Positions 1 through 13,019 of a DNA stretch of 64,000 bases are shown here, in pieces. Numbering within the stretch: the first letter of the stretch is position 1; every line of letters starts with the position of its first letter. Under the pieces are notes generated by a model. The model worked only from the letters and a program-made list of their open reading frames with translations, ran no database searches and was not told the origin of the DNA. The DNA lies in NCBI RefSeq assembly GCF_009834535.1, contig NC_045697.1, forward strand, positions 1,180,001 to 1,244,000, read 5' to 3'. The DNA comes from Camelus ferus (lineage: Eukaryota). Position numbers and translations under genes: made by a program.

Positions 1-429
1 TGGCCCAGCCGGAACCAGACAAACGTGGTGGTCCTGCACTTCCCACCAGAGGACCACAGAACCAAGGACCATGGGAACTCATGCCCCTTGGGGCCCATGG
101 AGACTGGGCAGGAGAAAGCCGCCCCAGGCTCCTTGCCTCAACACCCATGCCCTGTCTTGGCTTAGAGCTCCTGGAAAGGACTGCCTCCTCCCAGGCTTCT
201 AGGCTAGAAGCCCAGCCTCACCGCCGTGTGTTACAGGCCACGGGGGTCTAGTCCCCTCCTCTGGCTGCTCCCCAGGGGGTTGGGCCAGAGCCCTTTGAGA
301 GATGCTCGTGCCTCTTCCTCTCAGCACTTCCTCCAAGCCCACAGGAGCTCTCCAGCCTTCCTGTGAAGTGGACCTGCCCCACAGTGTATCTTGCATGCCT
401 TACATTATAAACTTCATAAGGCAAAACTC

Positions 430-1325
430 TGAAAATACAAGTCTCTGAGTCTTGATATTTAAAGAGAAGCTTCTGAAATTAGAAAAATAAATAAAACCTG
501 GAACGCTTTTTGATCTTCATTTCTGATACTTCCCTCGTTTCTGCTGTGCCCTTTCGCAAGTTCTGTGTTGGAAGCCAGAGCTGAACAGAGACTTCTTTAT
601 TCTCAGCTGTATCCCCCCCTCCCTCAAAGAAACAGAGGCCTTAGCCCCAAAGAGCAGGCAGTTTCGAAGAAGCAAGAGGTGCTGGGAATGAGATACAAAG
701 CAGACAGTGTTTTGAAACCATCCCTGTGCAACTAAGTATTTTGTCTGTTAGAACTGCCAATAAGAAGGCGACCCTTCCAGGAAGACGGCGTGGACACACT
801 CTCCCTATTCCTCCCGCTGGTACACTAAACGCCCTGACCACTGTGCATAAAGCACCTGTGAGACGGCTCTGACGGCGGGGAGAACGAGGCAGACTGGCTA
901 GGGCCCACAGGACCCGGCTTCCTTTGCTTCATACGTCTCAGATTGGATGCTGGAGAAGCCAGTAACATGGACAGGCCAATGGCCACCGACAAAAAAAAAA
1001 AGCCCCAGCAAAGGCCTGCTCTCTCCAGCCAAAGGACAGGACAGGGCCAAACCAGCAAGACAGAGAACTTCCACACAAGGGCAGTACCACTTTGGTCAAA
1101 CACTACAGGAAAAAACCCGCGGCTGAGTTTAGCAAGTTTAGCATTCTTGCTAAAGTCCCTCTTCGTAATTTTCCATCCACTGATCCTCTTCCCCTCCCCA
1201 TTGGCTGTAAATCCCCAGCTGTCTTTGCTGTATTTGAAGTTGCATTTGCCCTCTCTCCCCTACTGCAATAATCTTGAATAAACTCTTCCTTGTCTGTTTA
1301 GCTCTGGTGCAATTTTTCTTTGACA
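430..1325 (+). mobile_element. ERV1-class solo LTR (MER31/MER67-like), left boundary approximate
   Basis: Typical LTR 3' end tgcaataatcttgAATAAActcttccttg...tttctttgaCA; followed directly by L1 sequence. Confidence 0.65.
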
Positions 1326-2225
1326 AAATACAACATATCAAAATTTGTGGAAAACAGCTAAAACGGTGCTGAGAGGGAAATTTTACAGCACTAAAAATGC
1401 ATAATGAGAAAAAAGGAAAGGCCTAAAAGCAATGATCTAAGAGCCCACCTGAGAACCTAGAAAAAGAAAAGCAAAATAAACCCAAAGCAAACAGAAAGGA
1501 AATAATAAAAACAAAAAAGAATAAAACTGAAAACAGAGAAAAACCAATGAAACAAACATCTAGTTCACTGAAATAGCCGATAATATTGACAAAACTCTAG
1601 CTAGAAAAAAGGGGACAAGTTCCCAGTGTTGGAACGCAACAGGGAAGGTCACTCCAGACCCTGTGGACATCAGGGGCACGGGAACGCTGGTGAACAACTG
1701 CATGTATGTCAACCTCTCAACTCAGACGAAGTGGACCAAGTCCTCAAAAAGTACAATCAGAATCGCCCAGTATGAAACACACAGTAAGAACAAGCCTATA
1801 AAATGTTAAGAAAATTGAACTCATGATTTTAGAAGTCTCCAAAAAGAAATCATCACATCCAGATGACTTTATTAACAAATTCTGCCAAATAGTTAAAGAA
1901 GAATTAATAACAATTCCACACAGCATCTTCCAGAAAATGCATGAGGAAGGATCACTTCCCATGAGACTAGTATTATCCAGATACCAAACCAGATGAAAAC
2001 AGATCCATATCCCTCATGAATAAACACACAAAAATCCTTTTAAAATACCAGCACATAGAATTCAGCATATATTAAAAAAAATATATGACCCAGCAATTGC
2101 ACTCCTAAGGACTTATCCTAGAGAATGAAGACTTCAGTTCACACAAAAACTGTACATGAATGTTTACAGCAGCCTTATTTATAATAACCCCAAGCTGGAA
2201 ACAACTCAGATGCCCTTCAAAACTG
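1326..2225 (+). mobile_element. Degraded L1 ORF2 and 3' fragments
   Basis: A-rich L1 motifs such as aaaatttgtggaaaacagctaaa, aaattctgccaaatagttaaagaagaattaa, gacccagcaattgcactcctaag. Confidence 0.85.
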
Positions 2226-3258
2226 CATTGCCACACATACCTAAGAGCTCCAAGTGGCAGTAAATTGCCCAAGGGGAACTTAATATCTTTTTTCAAAATA
2301 TAAGGTATTTTAAATATACTCTTTTGAAAAAACAATTTTTCTCAAAATTATAAAAAGAATTTTCTATAAAATATATATCTGCTGTTCAAAATATTAAGAA
2401 GACTCTTAACTAGAAGAATTCATTCTTTGTATTCTTCAAAATACTACAGTGTTATGAAAAATGCTAATTCATCATACACACAAGCTCCAAATAATTAATA
2501 TTTACACTGCTGGAGGAAATTTTTTTACCTAATGAATACAAGTGGCAAGAACTAATGCTGTATAATTTTTCCTAAATGTTCCCCTCTGATAATATACAAG
2601 CTGTATATAGCACTCGATAACTAAGATTTAAGTCCCCAATTTTATTCATTCCTTTAAGAACATTTAGCGACTACCTGTCATATGGTAGACACCACTCATT
2701 TCTGGGATAAAATGCTGAGGCGACTCAAGGAATCAACAGTAGAAGGAGGCAGTCACCAGAGCAAGGGAGTAAGTGATGTCACAGGTTGAGTAGAAGATGC
2801 TCTGGGAATGCACACCTGTAATGAAACTGTCGCCAATTAAGATCATGTGAGACTAGACAAATGGGCTACGGGCACAGAACTGAGAGCCTAGAAACACCCA
2901 TGCCTTTATCAAAGTTCATATCTCGCAGATGCATTCCAAATTATTTTAAGTTACTCAAAACTGTTATAAGTTATCATTGGAATAATATATATGAAAAGCA
3001 TTAAAACGTAATGATAGAGATTTGGGATAGAAGGGAGAAGTAATTTGGGAGGAACACACTTGGGAAAGGATAAATGGGGGCTTTAAATGTATCCAAGCAA
3101 GCTTTTAAGCAGATGATGGATACACAGTATGTTCATTATATTGGCTCCATACATAGAGGAAAAGAGGCATCTGATCGACTTTGGGCGTGGGAAGATGAGG
3201 TGGGGCTTCCTGCTGGACACGTTTCCTGAGTAGAGACCAGGAGACCGGGTGGTAATCA

Positions 3259-3458
3259 GGTGAAGGAGGATGTGCTCAGGGACCTAGGGCAGCAGGTGGG
3301 TGAAGGAGGATGTGTCCAGGGACCTAGGGCAGCAGGCGGGTGAAGGAGGATGTGTCCAGGGACCTAGGGCAGCAGGCGGGTGAAGGAGGATGTGTCCAGG
3401 GACCTAGGGCAGCAGGCGGGTGAAGGAGGATGTGCCCAGGGACCTAGGGCAGCAGGCG
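3259..3458. repeat. Minisatellite, 5 x 40 bp (ggtgaaggaggatgtgtccagggacctagggcagcaggcg), within L2-like sequence
   Basis: Five head-to-tail units; units 2-4 identical, units 1 and 5 with 1-3 differences. Confidence 0.97.
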
Positions 3459-4979
3459 TCTAAAGAGTTGAGAAGAGCAACGGCTCGAGGACAAAGGAAA
3501 GAATGAGGGTCCAGGAGTCACAAATCACAGCAGAGCATCACCCACAACCTGTCAAACATCATCTAGCTCCAACTCAAATGCCAAAAAGCTAGTACAAACA
3601 TGCTAGCAAAATGCTGTGCGTAGAAAACTAAAGGAAATAAAGACTCACAGAGGAACCAAAGCAAAAATCCAGCTAAATAATGATCAGATTTTAACACTTC
3701 CAATCAATATATTTTTTAAATATAACATAAAAAAAATTTTTTTTAATGTTAACCTAGAAGAATAATCGGGCAGGACTCTGGACACTAAAGAATTCATTAA
3801 AATTACAATGTGAAAGGTCAGATATTTTGAATTACAAAATGTTGATAAAGTCTGAGCCAGTATCGCAAATGGCACTGCAGTGAATGAAGGTATTAACAAA
3901 AACTGGCCTTGTTGATGGAGAAACATTAGAAGGGACATCTAAAGCCACACCTGATAAGGAGGTATCAGACAACGGAGAAATGCTAAGAATGCAGCTCCCG
4001 GCAAGTGCAACAAGAGCCAAGACCCCCAGCACCTTCCCAGGAGAAAGTCTTGGTAAAAAACACGGCAGTTATAAGAGGGACATACAAAACAAGGAGTGAC
4101 AGGCACAAACTCTGCAGTATCTGAGTCAGGGCGCGAGGAGAGTTCAGGTGAACCTAAGGCCTCAGGGCCACGCGGGCCTGGGATGACAGCGCGCCACAGT
4201 CTGGCACGGGGAAGGGTTTGGCCCCACTGTCAACATGCTGCGATCCCGATGATGACCCCAAACCAGACGGCTCTGAGACACTGGAAGACAGCTCGAGAGG
4301 GGATCACACGTCCAGGTTTCACTTGATAAAACCTTGGCGCCTACCGCGTCCCAGGTGCAAAGCCAGGCCAGGAGAGGCGTCAATGAGCCGGAAGGAAAGG
4401 CCCTCGTCCTCGTGAAGCTCACAACTCAGCGAGGCAAAGAGAAGTAAACAGGCAGTTGAAACACAATGTAGTAAACATCACCGTAGGGGAAGTACAGGGA
4501 ATATCCAGGAGGGACACTGGACGGAGGCTCTGATAAAGCAAAGACTGGCTAACAATCTAGCCAATGCTAAGAGAACACAAAGAATGCGAGGTTTTAGACG
4601 GATTAAGAAGTATGAGGTGGGAGCTTTATTTCCACCAGTTGAAAAGGAAGTGCCCTCACCCTAGCAGTGAGGGAAAGACAGGCAATATATAAGATCCTCA
4701 CTCCCCTGAACCCAGGGGAGTGAGTGCCCAGCAGAGAACTGGCCAGTGCGGGGCGTGAGGACTCTGCCAGAGGCTGGGAAGGCGCCACGGAAGGGACAAG
4801 AAAACAGCACACGGCACTCACCCGGGGCCGGGCAGCTCTGGCCCCGCCGGCCGTCCTCAGAGAACGCATAGCTCAAGAGCAGCAGGTAGAATGCTCAGAG
4901 GGCCTTTCCTCAGGGGTGGGGAAGAGTTAGTTTTGGATGAAGCACTTCTCTGGACCCGCATAACAAATCATAACAGCAA

Positions 4980-7900
4980 GACCAGAAAGGGACAAACTGT
5001 TTCCAAGGAACTTAAGTCATCCCAGAACAAAGCTCAGGAGTATTTACGTGAACGCAAAAAGGTCCATCACCCAACCGTGTAAAACCCACAGTCTCTAGCA
5101 CCCAGACGAAGATGACTGCACGTGCAAAGCAGCAGGAAAACGGACTCATGGTGAGGATAACCGTCTACGGGAGCAGACCTGTAGTGGGCACAGGTGCTGA
5201 GGTTACAGACGAGGACTTTAAAACAGTCCTCCACTTGGATCCAGTATGTTAAACATTACGGAGAGACACGGATGGCATAAAAAAGATCCAAGGTGAATTT
5301 CTAGAAGCGAAAACTAATGTTTGATATGAAAAGACACTCAGTGGGATTAACAACAGATCGGACAAGAAAAAAGAAAAGATTAGTTAACTACAAGATACAC
5401 TAACAGAAACTATCCAAATTGAAACAGGAAAAAAAATCCTAGGACAAGGAGAAAAATGAGTCTCAGTGAGCTATGGGACAAACACAGGTGACCTAATGTA
5501 CGTAACCGTAAGTGGAGTTCCCAAAGGAGAGGCGACACAAGGAGGAACACAAAAAGTATGTGAATGAATACTTGCCAGTAACTTTCCAAATGTGATTGAA
5601 ACTATAAACCCACAGATCAAGAAACTCAAACATAGAAACAAAAAAATTATGCCAAGGTACATCATAATCAAATTTCTCAAAAGTAAGAAAGTGCTTAAGA
5701 GAAAAAGCTTTATAGCCTGATTAAAAAAAAAAAAGACACAGATAGAGAAATGAAGATAACGGTGACAGTAGATTTCTTATCAGAAACAGTGTGAGAAGAG
5801 GGTAAAGTAACACCTTCAAATACTGAGGGAAAAAACTTCAACTGAGAATTTTATACCTCACAAAAATACCATTTGAAAACAAAAGGGAAAGAAAGACTTT
5901 TTCAGGCCTACAGAAGCTGGAAGAATTCATCAACAGCAGACCCACACTGTAAGAAGTGTTGAGAGGTTTCCTTTAGGCAGAAGGAAAGTGACGCCAAACA
6001 GAAACCTGGATGTAGACAAGCAGGGAGGAGCCCTGCAACTTTACACGGGTAAACATTCAAGGTTTCTCTTGTTATTTACATCTGTTTAAGAGATGTGGAC
6101 TATTTAAGCAAAACTAAATACATTGCGGAGTTTGTAACTGAAGTATAAAGTAAAATAAAAGACGATAATAACATAAAAGCCAGGAGAACAGAAACGGAAC
6201 ATTATTGGAAGCTTCTGTACTGTGTGTGGAATGACAGGACTACTGAAGAGAGACTGTGAACTAAAGATGTCCACTGTAAACCCTAAACTAGCCACTAAGA
6301 CAACAGAACAAAGTGTTACAGCCAATATATCAAAAGAGAGAAAAGAGAATCATTAAAAACTGAATCCAAAAGCAGGCAGAAAAAGAGGCAAAGGGGAACA
6401 AAGAACAACTGGGATAGATACAAAGCAAACAGCAAGATCACAGACAAACCTGATCGTATAAGTACTCACATTACACTGTGGACTGGACTGAACGTCCCAA
6501 GTGAAAGGCCGATACCAGAATGAATAAAAAAGCAAGACCAACTTCCTACAGTAAATGCACTTTACATATAATGAGAACAGTTGTTTAAAATTACAAGGAT
6601 GGGAAAATGCCACGCTAACACTAGCTGAGAGAAAACTGCAGTGGCTATCTTAACATTAATATTAAATCATATTTTTATTATTTTTGCAATTATCTCCATC
6701 CTGGATGCCTGAACCACAGTTACTCCATTTTGATTTTTAAGTGCATTCTTTCCTCTAGGTTAAAACAGATGTACAACGCATGTTTGACAGGCCATAAGAC
6801 AGGCTGTCCATTGACATCAGGAAAGAAGAAAGATTTCAAATCAATAAACTCAGCTTCGATTGGATTACCACAGTCTGTTCATTCTTATTTTGTAGTTGGC
6901 TTTATTCCTTTGATATCTATGTAAGTTTAAAAAGCTAAAGCTCTAATGTGTTCTTAGAAACAGTAATTAGTATACATATGTAAACTAAAACAAACATGCT
7001 ATATAGTGTATATATGTATTTACATGCAATATAATGTGTATGTGCAGTTGAACTGCAATAATTCTACCCAATAAAACTGAAAAAGGAGAAAAAAAAAATA
7101 AACTCAGTTTCCACCTTAAGAAATTAGACAAGGGAGAGCAAATTAAGCACAAAGTAAGCATAAGGAAGAAAATGAGAAACATCAAATCACAAATCAATGA
7201 AATGAAAAACAAAGACAACAGGGAAAATCAATGCAACCAAAACCTGACCATGGGGAAATAAGTGAAGACACCAATTACTAACATCAGGGATGAGAGAGGC
7301 CACATCACTACAGATTTTACAGATAGCAAAAGAATAAGGGAATATTATAGATTACTTTATACCAATGAGTCCAACAGTTTAGATGAAATGAACAAATTCC
7401 CTGAAAGACACAAACGACCAAGGCTCCCTGAAGAAGAAACAGATCACACAAATAACGCCGTATCAATGAAAGAAATTGAACTTGTAGCTAAATACCTTCC
7501 CGCCTAAAACCTCCAGGCCCAGACGATTTCACTAGTAAGTTCCACCAAATAGCTTTACATAAATTCTTCCAGAAATTGAAGGGGAGGGAATACCTCCCAA
7601 TTCACTATCTGAGGTTGGCATTATCTAAGTCTGGTCTATGATACCAAGAGCAAACAAAGACATTACAATAAAATAAAAAATAAAAAAAAACTACTAACCA
7701 ATATACATCATTAAAATAGATGCAAAGACTCTAAACAAAATTTTAGAAAATTTAATCCAACAACATATAAAAAGGATAATACAGCAATACCAAATGGGCT
7801 TTATTCCAAGAATGAAGTGTTGGCTTAACAATTGAAAATCTATCAATACAATTCACCATATAATAAATTAAAAAAGAAAAACCAATTAGACAGAATTTAG

Positions 7901-10045
7901 AGTAAAAAAGAAACCCTTACATTTATGGTGAACTTATTTTTGACAAAAGTGCTAAGGCATTTAAATGAGGGGAAAGGATGGTCTTGGCAACAAATGGTGC
8001 TGGAAAAATTGACTATCGATTCACAAAAACATGAATTCAGACATTTGCTTCAAGCCATATAAAAAAATCAGTTAAAAATGGAACATAGATCTAAAAGTAA
8101 AACCAGAAACTATAAAACTTCTAGAAGAAAATGGGATGAAATCTTTGCGTCCTTGGTTTAGGCAAAGATTTCTGAGACTCAACATCAAAAAACACGATCC
8201 ATGTAAGAACACACTGACAAATCAGTATCTGTTAAAATTTAAGACTCCTGCTCTTTAAAAGATGGTGTTTAAAGAACGAAAAGACACACCGCAGACTTGA
8301 AGGAAATATTTGCAAAGTATGTACCTGAGAAAGGACTTGTATCTAGAATATGTAAAGAACTCTCAAAACTCTGTGATAAGAAAAAAAAACCCTAAAAATG
8401 TGCACGAGATTTGATTAGATGCTCCATTAAACAAGAAAAATGAATGCAAATAAGCACGTGGGAAGATGCCCAACATCACCAGCCCTTAGGGCAATGCAGT
8501 CAGAGCCAAGTGAGACACCTATCAGAACGGCTAAGGTGGAAAAGACTGGCTGTACCAAGTGCTGGTGGGGATGTGAAGCAGGTGGGACTCTCAGGTGCTG
8601 CTGGCACGAACGGCAAGTGGCACAATCACTTTGGAAAACAGTTTCCCAGTTTCTTAAAAATTGAAACATACACATCTACCATTTGACCCAACTGCTCCAC
8701 TCCCTGGTACTTAGAGAGAGAAAAGAAGTGGTACATCCACATAAGGACTGTGCACGGCTGTGCGCAGCAATAACCCTAAGTGGAGACGGCGCAAACTCTG
8801 AGCCACAAGTGATTGTAAGTATCTTTCTTTCTTATGGGTGAGTTGTGTTCCGTTATGTGTATATATGCTGCATCTCCAATATCTATTCAACTATCGATGT
8901 GCACTTGGGGCGCTTCCGTATCTTGGCAATCATAAATAATGTTGCTGTTAATAGCAGGGTGTATGTATCTTTCTGAATTAATTCTTATTTTGTGGTTGGC
9001 TTTATTCCTTTGATAACTATGTAAGTTTAAAAGCTAAAGCTGTAAACATTCTTAGAAACAATGAGCAGTACATACAAGTAAGTTAAAAACTATACGTGCA
9101 TTAAAAAAAATGATCTATCAAGCCATGAAAGATATGGAAGAAACTTAAAAGACATTATTAAATGAAAGAAGCCAGTCTGAAAAGGCTACAAACTGTACAA
9201 TTCCAACCAAAGGACATTCTGGAAAAGGCACAGCTACAGAAACCATAAAAAGATCATGGTTTCCAGGGGTTTGGGGAGAGGGAGGGAGGGAGGAATGAAC
9301 AGATGGAGCACAAGGGATTTTTAGGGCAATGAAATTATTCCATATGATACCATAGTGGTGGCTACATGTCATCATGCGTTTGTCAAAACCCGCAGAATGT
9401 ACAACACCAAGAGTGAACCCTCATGTAAACTGTGGACTTTGGTTGATAATAATGTGCCCATATTGATTCATCGATGGTACCAAACATGCCACACTGATGA
9501 GGGATGTTGAGGGTAGGGGAGTATATACATGTGGGTGGGGCGGGCTACGTGCAAACTCTCTGTATTTTCTGCTCAATTCTGTTGTGAACCTGAAACTTCT
9601 CTAAAAGAATAAAGTATATTAAAACAAACAAACAAACAAATTGTGGTACAAAGATCCAGAGGGATACTACTCAGTGATAAAAAGGAATAAACTATTGAAG
9701 CAGAGAACAACATGGCTGAATCTCAAAATAACGCTGAGTGTTAAGAAACTGGACAAAAAAGAGTACATAACATGTGATTTCATTTATATAAATTTCCAGA
9801 AAATGTAAACCAATATATAGTGACAAAAAGCAAGTCAGTAGTTGTGTGAGGTTGTGGGTGAAGGTTGGGGCTGAGGGGGAGGATTACAAAGAGGCACAAG
9901 GATACTCTGAGGGGTGACGCATATGTTCACTATCTTGATTGTGTAAAGATGTCATGGTTGTATATATGTCAAAACTCACCAAATTGTTTGCAATATGTGA
10001 AGTTCATTGTATGTCAATTATACCTCAGTAAAGCTGTTAAAGAAG
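4980..10045 (+). mobile_element. Old L1 (L1M-type) remnants: ORF1 region, interrupted ORF2 and stacked 3' ends
   Basis: ORF1-like 5200-6050; ORF2-like 7100-8700 (ORF 7262-7507 KTPITNIRDERGHITTD...LDEMNKFPE); L1 3'UTR-type sequence at 9110-9620 and 9640-10045. Confidence 0.85.
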
Positions 10046-10083
10046 TTGAGGTTCCTATTTCTGGTTAAGAATAAATCCAGCTC

Positions 10084-10223
10084 AGGGTGGGAGGGTATAG
10101 CTCAGTGGTAGAGCACATGCTTAGCATGCACGAGGTCCTGGGTTCAATCCCCAGTACCGCCACTTAAAAAATGAATAAATAAATAAACCTAATTAAGTCC
10201 TCCCACCAAAAAAAAAAAAAAAA
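10084..10223 (+). mobile_element. tRNA-derived SINE (Vic-1-like, camelid)
   Basis: A box tagctcagtgg, B box ggttcaatcc, poly(A) tail, TSD aaatccagctc at 10073-10083 and 10224-10234. Confidence 0.92.
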
Positions 10224-10638
10224 AAATCCAGCTCCACTGAATGCAGCTGTAAGAATTGGACAGAATGCATAGGACAACGATTTGAAGACTTGATAAATTA
10301 ATAAAAGCAGGCAGATTGGAGAGGCTGACCAGAATCTGAAGTACTACCCAACTGGCAATGAGTTCAGCATTTCTTCCTCTTGGTCCTCCTGCCACTTGGC
10401 CCCAGACATGGGGCCAACAGCATGAAGTGTGCAGCAGAACAGAGATACTAAAGCCTCAGATTTCTGGCAGGAAGATAAAAAAAAAAGAGAGAGCGCCAAA
10501 GAACCAGACCTTAAGTAAGAAGACTGCAGAGAGGGAGGAGCTTGGGAAAAGGAGTTAGTTACAAACCGCTGGGCTCAGCTTCAAGCTGCATGCGTATGGA
10601 TGTCATCCTAAATGGCATTCCGATGACTCTGAGAACTG

Positions 10639-10700
10639 TCGTGCTGTGCGCCAGAAACTGATACAACACTGTAAACTGGTTACACTTCAATTTAAAAAAA
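10639..10700 (+). mobile_element. Extremely 5'-truncated L1 (62-bp 3' tail)
   Basis: gtgctgtgcgccagaaactgatacaacactgtaaact...cttcaatttaaaaaaa; TSD gactctgag(a/g)actg at 10625-10638 and 10701-10714. Confidence 0.85.
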
Positions 10701-11694
10701 GACTCTGAGGACTGAACTAAGATAGACCACAACCCAATTCCCAGCCACGGAACTGACTGACCGCTGGGTGGCCACCGTTTGGGAATACCTGAATAGTACT
10801 ACAGAGGGTCTGAAAACTGAACATGCATTGGAACCAGAGCTCGTGGAGGGAAGGTCACAACTTGCAACCTGGACCTAACCACTGACTGCCCACCCACTAA
10901 AACAAAAATATCAACATTGTAGTGGGATTTCTAAACAACACCCAGATTCTCATAGCACAATATTCCAAATGTCGAGGATACAACTCCAGATTACTGGACA
11001 CATGGAAAAGCAGGGAAATATCAAATTACACTGGAAAAGAATCGAAAGATACCAATGACAAGATGATACAGATGATGATATTATCTGACAAAAACTTTAA
11101 AACAGCTACTATAAAAATGCTCCAATATATTTATTATGTGTATTACTGAGACTGGAGTTGAATCAATTGAATTAACTCTATTCTCACAGTTCTTAAATAA
11201 ACTGTATCCTGTTAATGCTTCATTAAAATGTCAGACTATGGGAAAGACATGAGTCAACCAAAATACAAAAACAGTGTACATTCCCATCATGAGAAATAAC
11301 CATGAAGCAAAACACAAAAGTGGGTGGTAAGACCTTCAGCAGTCAACTGGTAACAGGAACCTCCCAGGAGGGCGTGTGTGAGGCAGAAACTAGCTTGCTG
11401 GAAACGCTGAAAACCGGTTATAATCTGGTCTTCTAAAATATCGACCGAGTGTAGTTTGTGTGCTTTAAACCAAAAGGCAATTCAAGTCCTAGCCGTTCTA
11501 TGGCACCACTGTGTACCTGCACAGTGTCTGGTTAAGTGTGTACTGCTGGATTACATGTGAAAAAATGAAAGCACTGAAGTGCTGTAAGAAAAGAGGCAAA
11601 CGCTGGACTGGACGTGAAGCACACGCCCCGCACAGAGGGCCGGCACCAACGAGAGTGAAGGGCGAGGTGGCTTGTTTATTCTAAAACAACTTGC

Positions 11695-11840
11695 AGGGAT
11701 ACAGCGTACAGCGGAGGGAACAGTCAACAACACCGCAGTAACTTTGTATGGTGCATAATGCACAAAAACATCGAATCACCGTCGTATACCTGACACCAAT
11801 ATACTATCGTAACTCAACTCTACTTCAATTAAAAAAAGAA
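11695..11840 (+). mobile_element. L1 3'UTR fragment with A-tail
   Basis: gaatcaccgtcgtatacctgacaccaatatact...caactctacttcaattaaaaaaa, artiodactyl/laurasiatherian L1 tail type. Confidence 0.7.
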
Positions 11841-13019
11841 AGAGTGAAATGGGACTCTGTCAGATGAAGTGCAGGGATTCCACAAGCTGTTGCTGAAAGA
11901 AAAGGTAGAAAAATAAAATTCTAATTCTGTAAAATAAAGAATGACAAAGTCATTACATGTCTCTGTGTATAAATGTATAGGATACATATGGGTCTATGTA
12001 AGATTTTGTTACAAGTCTGGAGGAAAATATGAATTTTCTAGGCTGCTAGCATGAGCTACCGACAGCCCTGAGACAGGGTACAGGCACAGGTTTGGGTGTG
12101 GTGAGGGAGCGTCTATAATAAAAACAACTTGTATGATGTAATCCCATTTGCGCAGAGGTACGTGTATGGGTGTGCACATGCATGTGCGCATAAAGCAGCA
12201 CATGGTCACCAAATGCTAGTGATGGTTATCGCTGGGCTGTGGCGTTTCAGTGACTTCTACTTTGTTATTTATATTTTTACCTATTATTTGAATTCTTTAG
12301 AATTATTGTATATTATTTGTATAATAAGAAAGCTATTCTAAGTGTAGCAAGCATTGTACACCTTAAAAAGGGGCGGAAGAGAAATGGAGAAAAAGAATTC
12401 AGTGTTTTACAAAGGGTTCATCTTTAATATACAGAGAGCTTTTCCATGCCTATTAAAAAGTACACATCCTGCAGAAATGTGGGCAAAGTGATGTGAACAG
12501 ACAATTTGCAGAAGAATGACTCTTATATAGTCAACCTCACTTAACTTTTCAAGGGACAGAAATTTAAAGATCAAGCCAGGAACTCGTAGTCAAAATGAAG
12601 ACTCCCTGCACTGGCAGGGATGTAGAGAACCGAACATTTCACAAGCTGTTTGATGGGGAAAGTAAAATCATTTTTTTTTTTTTCTGGAGGACAATTTAGC
12701 AATGTAAAGCCTTAAAAATACACATACACTTTGACTCAGAAGTTCCATCTATTTCCATTTATGCCATGGAAATCAACAGGGAAATGAACCAAAAATAGTA
12801 TGTCCAAGGATGTTTACGGTCCCTCCATACGAAATAGGTAAAACCCAAAACAATCTAACTGGCCCTCGGCGCGGACGGCTGTTAAGAAGAGCATAACGCA
12901 GCTGTTAAGGCGGGGACGCAGACTTCCAGGACAGGTGGGGGCCGAATACACATGTTTATCTCCTCTTTCAAAACATTCAATGGCAATCACAGAAAAGTTA
13001 AGTACAACCAGAGCATACA

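Noticed and set aside
2241..2571. Exon-like units on the minus strand (donors at 2240 and 2528)
   Set aside because: Stops in all frames tried for the 2241 unit, a poor pyrimidine tract for the 2529-2571 unit, and no similarity to POLN.
3259..3458. CRISPR-like array
   Set aside because: Units are head-to-tail with no unique spacers, and the context is a mammalian intron.
10084..10160. tRNA-Ala-like gene (also at 24369, 40072 and 45930)
   Set aside because: Each has a shared non-tRNA tail, and three have A-tails and TSDs, so they are SINEs.
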